Source: Ophelia neglecta (taxonomy: Eukaryota). Taken from it: 64,000 bases of DNA. Below are positions 41,101 through 50,694 of the stretch, piece after piece (position 1 is the first letter of the stretch; the number at the start of each line of letters is the position of its first letter). The notes under the pieces are model-generated. The model ran no database searches. It saw nothing but the letters and a program-made list of their open reading frames with translations, and was not told the DNA's origin. Location of the stretch: positions 80,290,001 to 80,354,000 of the forward strand of contig OZ260662.1 in assembly GCA_965285935.1 (NCBI GenBank), in the 5' to 3' direction. The translations under genes were made by a program, and so were the position numbers.

Positions 41101-44100
41101 ATGTGCAAGTGTAGGCTTGTTACTTGACTCCTCGTTTTTTATCTCTCTAAAATCCCATTTTGGTCATATCAGGCCATTCAGTGATAGTTTAGAGTAACAT
41201 CTACTGCACATACCAGCAAATAAACATCTACATGCACACCTTATACCCAAGGAGGTGTTTTCTTATGAAACATCCTAGCTATTAAGTGATCCTTAAAAAC
41301 AAAAAAACCACGGTAGGGTAACCGACATACTGAGATATCACCCAATACAGTAGTACACCAGGAATCAAGATGGACTCAATGTATGATGGAAGGCTAGGAC
41401 AAATACAAACAAAAGCAACCAAATTTTAGTAGCTGGTATTTGTTATTGTTAGCCATCTTTGTATACAGAGTTTCTTATGAACCAGGTTATATTGCACACT
41501 ACTCGACAAGGAATCATGAACACAAACAAAATTGAAGACCTTGTTTGGGACAAATACCAATAAAAATCACAGGCCATTGAAAGGATATTGAACCATACAT
41601 TGACCCACACAATGCAACATGCCATAGGTGGGAAATGAATTGCCTTGCTGCTCAACAACGAGACTGTAAGGCTTCAGCTCCGCCAGAGCAAAATCTTCAT
41701 GCCACTTAGGTAGCAATATCTTTGTCTGATGCAAAGTCTGGAATAGGCCCTGCAGGTCAATTAGGGGAACATGGAGCTAGGATCAATAGTCTGAGCAGTG
41801 GCAGGCAGAGATGGCTTGGTGGGTTTGTATAACATCACCAACAGAGGGCACCAGCACTGCAGGCTGAGGGCTGAGGGAGCAGTACTTTAGAATACTATGT
41901 ACTATATAGGAAAATACCATGTGTATGTATTAGATCCAAGTCAAAACTATGTGGTCCACTTTAAATTGAGTTTTTCCATATTGAATAAAAAATTCAGTAA
42001 ACTAATTAGTACATGGGTTGATTCGAGTGTACAATTAATAGGCCTCTGTTATTCCACAATAACTGAACTGAGGATAAAATCACTAAATGAGGATGTTAGA
42101 GTGGATATTGCCATAAGGCATTTTCAAAAGTGGAAATTTGAGATATTTTGAGCTAAACTTTAAACAAGGCAATTCCAAACCTCATGCACCCCAAAAGGGA
42201 AAGGGATATTAAGCCTTTGAGCAGGTTTAACCGATTACTGAAGTTACAAATGAAATACCACATTATATTCAATTTGAAAAACTCAGGAAATCATCTGAAC
42301 TGTGAACAAAAACTTAAAAAATGAAATTTTCATTACCACCCCATTTTTGTTTCCAGGTTTAAGCTTTCAAAAAAGTTCTAGTAGGTCTAATTTGAAGACA
42401 CAACTACAACTGCCTTTTATGGTTTTATAAATCTAGGCTATAAATTTCAAAAGCCCAGCTGTTAAAATTAAGTAGTTACACTGAGGTACGGAAATACTTT
42501 TTTTTCATCACTGTTCTTATGGAAACTAATTATATACACCTCAACCCTCAATTTTCAGCCTCCTAGCTATACAACATTCCCAAGTCGACATCCTTTTTTT
42601 GGGCCAACTAAAGTAGTATACCTGACTGAATCTCAACCATTAAGTAACGGAAATATGCAGGCCTAAAATGCATACATAATTTGCATTGTAAAAATGCTCA
42701 AAACAAAACCGATATGAATGGAAATACAAGCTGCTGAAAATGATCTCTGGGCAAAATAAATTGAACTTGAAACTCATTAATAGGAGTGGCTGGGTTAAAA
42801 GGTACAAAATTTGAAAAAAAGTAGGAAGGGGGCGGGGGGGGGGGGGGGGGGTTATAAGCAACATAACATTAAAAAAGTAGGAGTGGGTGGGTTACAGGGA
42901 ACAAGATTTTTGAGCTTGGTCTTAGTTAATATATTGTATCATTTTTCTTTTTCCTGAACTATTTAACTAGGTATTACTATTTTGTTCAAGACAAGTTCTT
43001 ATTTTTATCTTCCATAGTTATCAATTGATAAGTAAGATGGAGGGGCAGTTCTTGATTTTTCAATTGTCAAACATGTAAAATCTGAGATAAAACAAAGGAC
43101 ATACCATATTAGGCAAATACATGCATCCAATGTTCCTGACTTCTTATTTTCTCAGTCAACATTAATGCCTGAACCTAACACTTGAATAAGCTATGGCTTA
43201 CAGAGATGACTAATTATCTATCTACAAATACACATTTAAGCTATATGGCTGGTTATCCCATCTAAAACAAAAACAGATAATTTTGATATAACAAGCATAC
43301 AGCATCATGAAATGTGCAGCTTATCAACTCCATAAAATCATCATTTGTATTTGCTATATCTGTTCTGTTCTAAACCAAATACCATAATGATATATCTTTA
43401 TACTGATAATTGAGTGTAGTGAACCTACCATTTTCAATGTGCCTGTCTTGAACCAGAAGAGCATAGACACTGTCAGGAACCTCTGAAGGCCGATAGTACC
43501 ACTTGATAGTGACTAGAACATTATCACGGCGGTTCTGAAACAGAAAAACAAATCAATTTTATAATTCAACTATTCTGTTGCACATGATTCCCTGTATGTC
43601 CATCTGCATTATTATTTTCAATAGTGTACAAAATAGTGTGCCTTTACGGTGAAAAAACAGGTCACAAAATGTGTACTATCAGTCAAAAACTGTCTTTATT
43701 TTATGCTGTTTCCCAAACAATCAATGTGTGCAACAATCAAGTGCACCTGAATTTTGACTGGTATTTTTGTTTGTATTACCATAGGAACAAACAGTTATCT
43801 CTGAATTTTAATTCTAATTAAACGCCAAAGTGTTCTATAAAACACCAAGTTCCTCCATTTTGTTTGTGTTAAGCTGTTTTATTTGCTTCACAATACAGGT
43901 CACAATTTTCAACTAGGCCGCTTCAGAATTCCCCATGTCATGTTCCTTCAATCCAATTCGAAAATAGCAGTTCTCAGCACCACAGGTACATTTTAAGGGC
44001 TAACAACATCCTTTTCAGAAAAAATGCTCCCAAATCTGATCTGATCCTGTTGGTGCTAAAATGTTCCTGAGACAACAGGCCATCTTTTTGTCTGCAACCA

Positions 44101-47100
44101 GCAGTCTCTAGAAGATCCGAAAACTTTGGAAATTAGCCAATATTTTAAACAGAACTAGAATTCTGAAATTTTGCACATGTCATCCCTGGTGCCAAACATC
44201 ACACAATGCTAAATTTCAGAATTTTTAGTGCACAGGCACCAGCTACAGAGCCTCTGATAAATAGCACTTAAAAGTCAGTATAGTCAGTTCAATCTGCTGC
44301 CATATCACGAAAGGGTCGCACAAGAAATTTGCTTAAAAAACATGGATAAACCCTTGGTGCTATGCCGAATTTTGTCCACTTGGCCCTATGATGCTTAGTT
44401 TTTAAGATTTGGCCCAATTTAAGTTTAAGAAATTACTTGCCCTAGGCTTCGTTATTTTTCATGGAACTGGGGTGGGGGTGTTTTCAAGTCATCATTTTAT
44501 TGACCTTGCAGAGCAGGAAATAGATGTAAATAATCTTTGTTCATATATCTTTAATCCAAAGGATCAAGAGCATGTGAGATGACTGGGAAATAGTAGATTG
44601 ATTCTAGATGCATTGTATCATGTGTATTGATATCAAGATATTAATTATCTTCATCTGTGGTGATTGTCAACATCTACATAGTGGTATACATGTGACTTGT
44701 CAGCACTTCAAACTAGACAATCAATGCACAACTGAATGTACACTCCAGTTGACCTGGGTCATGCTAGGCTAAAGGTATAAGTCAAAAGGGTGACAAGCAA
44801 AGCTTGCCTACATCATAATTTAGTGGATCTTAAATTGGGCATATAAATAAGCTTCCTACACCAATTATTGATTACTGCTCACAGATCAGAGTCATGCTAT
44901 CCTCATTTCCCCCTAAACAAATATCAAGACAGGCTGTGCTAACATTTTTTCCAACTGGATAACATGCAGACCTGATGGTTAGTCATCAATATCAGTATTA
45001 CATTAGAACAGCTACAATCAAACGATGCTTAATTACACTGGCTGTTATAACTATTAATAGGTTAGATTGCTGAAAACCAGATTAGCAGTAAATCTTGGGT
45101 GAGAGCAAGTTCAATCATGTTGATGCACTGTCCTAAGCTACCAAGAGCCCACTACTCCTAGCCAAATGGATAGCCCCACCAGATAAAATGGATAGTCTCT
45201 CAGCATTAACCTTCAGAAATGTGTGACCCACTACAGGCAATGTAGACCTTACTGTCATGAACGCATGCCATTCACCATTGAACGATGCATAAAACGATGA
45301 CATTTATTTCCACAAAAGGAAGATTTACTTCAATGGGGCAGGGTTATGATTAAATTACTGCTGTGCAACACAGATATCTAGCTGGGATGTAATAACACTG
45401 GATCTGAACAAATCCAATGCCTCCAAGATCTTGCAATCATGTCTGATGGTTTTATGGGAAATATTGTTGCGCTTTCGGTTAGCTAAGGGTATTAAGCCTG
45501 TCTATATTAGCTTACCATGTGCTATGAAGCCGCAACATAGTTTATACATTTGCCATGACAAACATAATGAATGTATGATGGTAAATGGCCTCGATACACT
45601 CTATGCCTGCAGTGGGGACAAATTTCACAGACGCTGCGTATTACTTACTCATTTTTCACAAATTTGTATAACCAGAAACATATCAACCATGACAGGGTTG
45701 GAGCTAGCAATAAGCAGGGACTGCTGGCAGTCTGCATTGATAAATGATAACATCAGTGGATAAATCAACTACTAGCATGAATAACAGAGCTTGAGGCTAT
45801 ATAAAAGTAAACAACATTACCAAATATTTATATCATTTTCAACATACACACATGTTTCTTCCTCTGGTGCTACCTTCTTTTACCTTATTAGTAGTAATAA
45901 ATTTAAAATATTGTTAGATAATACATCATCATTTATATACAACAAATAAGCCTTTATTTGGGGGAGTAATTGGGTTTGTTCGTATTATCAATTATTTAGT
46001 CTGATACAAATAACTATAAAGCACATTATTATTCAGTCTGCTGCCAGTATGGGCAACAGTGGGACTGCAATTCAAAAACCAATTTATGATAATTATTAAG
46101 TTGCATGATCAATTCACTGTGGCCATAAATTACAGCCAGATAAAAATCAGTTCCAACTTTATTAGGAAATTTGGTTGAAAGTCATAAATCAATTGTGATT
46201 GTAAAAGCAATGTTTAAGGCTGTAAGAGCATTGCAACAAGACACCAGCTTAAAATATCTATCGATGAAAACACTCAGGCTCAATAGGTTAATTGGTAGGT
46301 GACATGTTGACTAGATTCTTTATCCTGTGAATGTTGCAGTCTATCAAGTCAATTGCCAGTCAGGCAGAATACAATTTGTTGACATTGGCTGCCCTTCAGT
46401 ATGTAAATTATCCTGTTCTGTTCACATATTGATCTGTAAGTTCTACTGGAGGCAGTTCACAATGGTAAACACAGCTAAAGCCAGCAGATTGTAATAACCT
46501 AATGCCAGAATGGGACATATTCCACACTGTTGAAGAAATGTGGAAGGTTAAGCATATTAATACATGAGCTGGTGTGCAAATATTGGCACTTTTGAATAAA
46601 TTTTCATTCTTAACCAAATGATTTGTATTGCGAGGGGATGCCTAAGCCAGCACTTTGATAATATTATTACCTCTAACTGAAAACAGTGTATTTAAATTGA
46701 ACAGGCAATGCTAAATTAGAGTATACCCTTGAGAACATGTTATAGGTTAACTGTTACAGCTTGATATCACAACATGTAAGACTTCTTCAAACTTAATGGT
46801 ACAGCCTCTGACCTTTCTAACACTGTGCTGCTTAGTTTGAAGTTGGCATGTATAGAATTACTGGCAACTGCCAGGGAACACTTCTCAACTGAAAAGCAGT
46901 GATACCCTCATGTATACTAACACTAAGCTAGGATAGAAGGCTATTTCAGCTTGCACAATATTCACATGATAAACATTCTGAGTCTTGGTTTCTTAATATC
47001 ACACTTAAGATGAAGCTTGCCTGTCAGATTCAATCCAGAATTTGTCAAACTAATTTCGCTGTATCTTCCCATCCAGTACGTCTATCTAGGACAATAGTGA

Positions 47101-48765
47101 GCCATTAAAGGCTCCTGTTCAGTGTATTTTAACTAAATTACCCATTCAGAAGGCGACTGTATCTCGTTTCGCCACATGACAGGTCTAATCGCCCCGTGGC
47201 AGCGTTGAATACATGGGGGCAATGGTTGAAATTTACAGTGTGCCTCACCTGTGACCCACCTCAGAGGTATTCCTTTGTGCAGGAGGCCATACCTGCATGC
47301 ACATAATAATGGTGCAAAGCTACTCCAATTAAATTTCATACATATATTAAAGCCTACCAAGTAAAGCAGTTATCAACAAGTTATCACTGTATTTACTCTG
47401 CACCAATGTGTCTCTCATCCTTCAGTGTTCAAGTGTCACTTGTTCGACCTTATCATGAGGAGTTGTTTTAATACCAGGTCTTGAAAGGGTGATAAACAGA
47501 ACTAAATGCTCCCCACAGATAAGCAGTTTCACTCAAAATCTAACATTCATCATATATATTAACTGATCTGAGATATTCAATAACCCTTTGGAAACAGCAT
47601 AGCTATTTGTGAACAAATATGCACCCCTGCGGGTCACGTTTATCATAGCTTACAGTTATACTTTATAGAGTACTTATGTGTTGTGTGTCAGAAAACTTTT
47701 AGGGCCTGTTCAATTTCTTTGCCTGCCACATTACTCTATTTCAATGTGCCAAGTACTAGTATATATAAAAAGTATGCACTTTCCAAATGAGAAACAAACA
47801 CAGCTGCAGCCATAAAAAAAGACAGGAGGACAAATTGTGACTTGGAGTGTGGTGAGTTACTTAATGAGTAAACTGTTAAGGCTATAGTGTTTTGCTTTCA
47901 ATAAATATCCTGCTATTGAACACCCCCAATCAACAGGTTAATTATTCAAGGTAAATATTAATTACAGGTGATACATAAGTGACTTAGCTGATTAATAGCT
48001 TACATAGGCATATAAGATACTTACATAAACACCCATTAAACATAAGCACCCACTAAATAGTTTATTAATTGATATTCTAAGATCATCAACCTATACACAT
48101 ATATGCCAAATGGATCAAATAAATCTGTTAAAAAGGTGATTTACTTCTGTTACAATTTATTGCACAGAAGAGGATGATGTCACAATGACATCATAAATTT
48201 TTAAAGAGTTCCAGTCATTCTTTTCATTTGGTGCATACACCTTATTGCTTTAAGCTTTCACTTTAGACAGATTTTTAGTAAATAAGTATGCATAAATAGA
48301 CACTGTAATAGCACTAATGAAATGTCAGTACAGGGAAATATAATGATTTTCTAATACTAAACTTATAATTTCTTTTAATGTCAAACCATCCCAGAGTTAT
48401 ACAGTAAAGTTCAAGTATCATATCCATTTATATATATACATACAAGCACATGCACACATTATTAATGAAAAATGGATCTGCATTGTCTATAAAATATGGA
48501 TCTGAGATAATGTAGTGCAATAGCAATGTACAATGTAATGCAACATTGGAAGAAGTTCTGTCTATCCATAGCATCAAGCCACCATTGAGGGCATGTTTAC
48601 AAGCCAGAAATGTGTAGCTTATTACAGGTGCTGTGATAACTTGTGCACACTAAGTATATGGTTATCAAATATATGGTGATAGACCAAGACTTACCACTCT
48701 AAAATCTTGAATTGCACAGATGAAGTAGGGCTGCTCAGGCCGGTTGTTATCCACATACACAGTAT
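5011..48765 (-). CDS. RERE: RERE/atrophin-family corepressor, partial spliced CDS: 10 exons, 1080 nt, BAH-ELM2-SANT-GATA ZnF start; 5' and 3' ends not located in window
   Basis: Manual splicing of exons 48695-48765, 43429-43534, 32109-32205, 25530-25683, 22631-22764, 21845-21944, 21489-21587, 19753-19833, 8658-8796 and 5011-5109 gives one open frame. All introns are GT-AG with matching phases. The peptides match remembered RERE motifs ([14 protein letters not shown], [15 protein letters not shown], SMAAFxGMCDGG, [21 protein letters not shown], YYx[23 protein letters not shown]). Confidence 0.97.
8658..8796 (-). CDS. RERE: RERE exon, SANT helix 3 plus basic linker: [46 protein letters not shown], 139 nt
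   Basis: Acceptor tactttacag|GGT, donor C|gtgagt; overlaps ORF-track entry 8635..8946. Confidence 0.96.
14520..14840. promoter_or_regulatory. Intronic CpG island, promoter-like (YY1 motif AAGATGGCCGC near 14584)
   Basis: Dense CpG and GC content against a CpG-depleted background; YY1 motif; minus-strand Inr-like TCAATTC/TCACTTC near 14640-14655; donor AGA|gtatgt at 14769. Confidence 0.55.
19107..19480 (-). promoter_or_regulatory. Candidate internal promoter and alternative first exon ending in ATG (short atrophin isoform)
   Basis: TATAAATA at 19479-19472, Inr-like TCACATT near 19443, CpG-rich pyrimidine-rich leader, ATG at 19109-19107 directly followed by donor GTAAAC; phase 0, compatible with the exon at 8796. 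Confidence 0.6.
19753..19833 (-). CDS. RERE: RERE exon, SANT: [27 protein letters not shown], 81 nt
   Basis: Acceptor ttcttctttgtag|AAA, donor ACT|gtaagt; almost identical to the RERE SANT core. Confidence 0.97.
21489..21587 (-). CDS. RERE: RERE exon, ELM2 end / SANT start: [33 protein letters not shown], 99 nt
   Basis: Acceptor atttttctttaag|CTT (AAG type), donor GCT|gtaagt; LH..YD and WSEED motifs. Confidence 0.94.
21845..21944 (-). CDS. RERE: RERE exon, ELM2: [33 protein letters not shown], 100 nt
   Basis: Acceptor cattttcacag|G, donor ATG|gtaaac; near-identical to SMAAFAGMCDGG. Confidence 0.96.
22631..22764 (-). CDS. RERE: RERE exon, ELM2: [44 protein letters not shown](R), 134 nt
   Basis: Acceptor tgtttacacag|GCT, donor AG|gtcaga; overlaps ORF-track entry 22594..22776. 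Confidence 0.94.
25530..25683 (-). CDS. RERE: RERE exon, BAH end / ELM2 start: [51 protein letters not shown], 154 nt
   Basis: Acceptor ctcatttcag|A, donor CAG|gtaaga; LGYNPET and TQGEIRVG motifs. Confidence 0.96.
29396..29408 (+). promoter_or_regulatory. Consensus DR1 element AGGTCA g GGGTCA in a GC-rich intronic patch
   Basis: Direct motif match; nearby GC box GGGGCGGG near 29452 and a further GGGTCA near 29361. Confidence 0.35.
30105..30140. repeat. Exact tandem duplication, 2 x 18 bp
   Basis: CCAATTATGAGTTAGTAA repeated twice. Confidence 0.9.
32109..32205 (-). CDS. RERE: RERE exon, BAH: (D)[31 protein letters not shown](K), 97 nt
   Basis: Acceptor ttttctctacag|AT, donor AA|gtaagt; matches DSGRELVITDPVIKNRELF. 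Confidence 0.95.
32892..32971 (-). other. Candidate 80-nt cassette (poison or non-coding) exon
   Basis: Acceptor ctctctctcctttgctgttgttcag|ATG, donor AAA|gtaaga; stop codons in all frames. Confidence 0.4.
37940..37978. repeat. Direct repeat ATGGCCAGCATCAAGG x2, period 23
   Basis: Copies at 37940-37955 and 37963-37978. Confidence 0.85.
40489..40545. repeat. Inverted repeat / hairpin (16-bp core with 1 mismatch, 11-nt loop, extendable to about 22 bp)
   Basis: TCATTGGTCCACTGGT (40495-40510) pairs with ACCATTGGACCAATGA (40522-40537). Confidence 0.8.
40913..40948. repeat. Perfect 14-bp inverted repeat with 8-nt loop
   Basis: CTGAAGGAGTGAAA ... TTTCACTCCTTCAG. Confidence 0.85.
42601..42924. mobile_element. 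Possible degenerate non-autonomous DNA transposon (MITE) containing a poly-G tract
   Basis: Right end AAAAAAGTAGGAGTGGGTGGGTTACAGGGAAC...TTGGTCTTA resembles, from memory, a CpG-decayed TAGGGTCGGTCGGGTTACAGGAAAC...TTGGCCTTA terminus seen in marine invertebrate MITEs; left end is weak. Confidence 0.3.
43429..43534 (-). CDS. RERE: RERE exon, BAH: [35 protein letters not shown], 106 nt
   Basis: Acceptor ttttctgtttcag|AAC, donor G|gtaggt; strong match to the [14 protein letters not shown] motif. Confidence 0.96.
48695..48765 (-). CDS. RERE: RERE exon, BAH N-part: (D)[23 protein letters not shown], 71 nt
   Basis: Acceptor tgttacag|AT, donor GTG|gtaagt; similar to RERE [24 protein letters not shown]. 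Confidence 0.93.
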
Positions 48766-49254
48766 CTGTAACACAGCAAAACAAACATTAGTATACACAT
48801 ACCTATGCTATGAAAAGTATTGGTATGAAGAGAGAATTTCAAGTGAAGAAAGTATTATCAGTTTAAAGTAGCTACAAGTGAGTTTCCTTGATGATGTAAG
48901 ATGGCCTATGAGTCTTCGACTATTGATTACCAGTACTTACCAAATGGTTTATGTTATAAATCTTAAATTAAAACATGTTCATTTTACATGCATGTTAATG
49001 AAGTGAGTTAATAACGGATATAATAGCATTACTGAAATCATCAATATCCACTGCCTGAAACTTTCTGTGCCAGAAGCTGCAGGTTTAAACACCTCCCCTT
49101 AGGAGCTTACATGACTTATCAACACCCACTCATAAAGCAACCAGCTAGGTGTATCAAACACTAGGTTTGCTCAAATTATCAGTAATGTGCAAGTAAACTG
49201 AGGCACACCAAGCTTGCCCTATCTTGCCCATGACAGATGGGTTGTGCCCATGTC

Positions 49255-49288
49255 AGGTCATGGGCCAGAGGGCAAAGTTGAAAGGTCA
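49255..49288 (+). promoter_or_regulatory. Array of five nuclear-receptor half-sites with 1-nt spacers (chained DR1)
   Basis: AGGTCA t GGGCCA g AGGGCA a AGTTGA a AGGTCA, exact 7-bp periodicity. Confidence 0.5.
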
Positions 49289-50658
49289 GATTTGATACAG
49301 GTTACCAGGTGGTACATAACATGGGCTGGCAATAAGAGGGAGATTACTGAAGAGGATGGGGCTTACAATTTACAGGCAATGCTGTTATGGATACCAATAT
49401 AGTATCATGTATTCATCTGTGATTTGTAGGATATTATTTGTCTAGTCTGATTTACAGCTCATTCAGTACAAGTACTGGACTTGCCTGTTAGGGCAGGTGT
49501 CTGATCTTAGTTATTATGGGCTTTATAGTGCTTGGTGGCAGTATTGCCCCTGGCTATAGCAACTGGGCAATCTATTGGCTGCACATGATGATGTTGGGGA
49601 AATTGCCAACAAGGGACTGCCTTTAACTATTATTATCTAATGGACCATTAAAATGTCCACTGTGTGGCCAAACTTGCTTAAATTTCCTCTATGTACAAAA
49701 TAAAATTCAAAACCTACAATAATAAATCTTTCCTTGTAGATGTAGGAGGACCTATTAACAACTTAACCAAGAAAAAACATTGTAATGCAACTCATTTCAA
49801 TGCACCTTTAATGCTTGTCAACTAACAGGATGCCAGCCAACACTTCCAATTCAATTAATTTATTCCACAGCAGACAATGCAGCCTGCAAATGGCAATCCA
49901 ATTCATTTCAGGACCGTTGGCACACCTAAGGTGCAGAGCAGATAGCAGCATTCGAGCTCACTTGGCATGAGTATGCAGTAAAACACTCTCCACTCTGCCT
50001 TCAAACCACCACCGAACATCTACACAACTCAGTCAGTTGGAGGTCAAATGGATTTGGCTGAAACTCCTCAGGCACATGTGCTTTTTGTACCCTGCTTGCT
50101 GATCATCCTGGTGGGAATTACAGATATTGTACTAATATTCCAATGTGATATGGAAATCTTTCAAGCCAAAAGCTTGCGACAAATCCACACAAGATTAGGA
50201 TGACTGCGGCCAGTGTCTGGGGCACCTTTAACGCCAAAATTGACTTTTAAATTATGTATCACCAGGTCAAATCTGCAGCTTTGGTTAATCTTGGCAGACA
50301 AATCAATAGGCAGACTTCTGCTTACTGATACTGCCAGCCTAGATGCAGTGGCAGAGAATGCTTCTCCTCACAGCCTAGGATGATCATAAGCATGCTAATC
50401 AGGGCTGACAGATGATCTAATACCACCAAAGCATCAAATGCCATATCAGGAAAATAGGTGTGAAATAGCTCACTAATCATACTGATTAAGCAGATAGCAG
50501 GGTATTAGTATTCCTGTAGAAAATGGAGGCCGCACAGTAAATGCTAGTTCTTACAAATGAGTGTATAATCACTCTCATATTTCGACAAGTGAAGGCAAAT
50601 CATTCTCAAACGTAGAGGTGTTCAAAACCAGAATATTCACACACTTAACACATTTCAC

Positions 50659-50694
50659 CTGGTCTGAAACTCTCCACAAACGTCCTAGCAATAG
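50659..50694 (-). other. Candidate 36-nt phase-1 exon (x)IARTFVESFRPG upstream of the BAH exon
   Basis: Acceptor tttttctgtctgtgatcattcag|, donor CAG|gtgaaa; ends FRPG|D like the RERE YRPG|D junction. Confidence 0.3.

Noticed and set aside
49781-49805. Partial similarity to miR-33 on the minus strand
   Set aside because: Internal insertion and no convincing precursor hairpin
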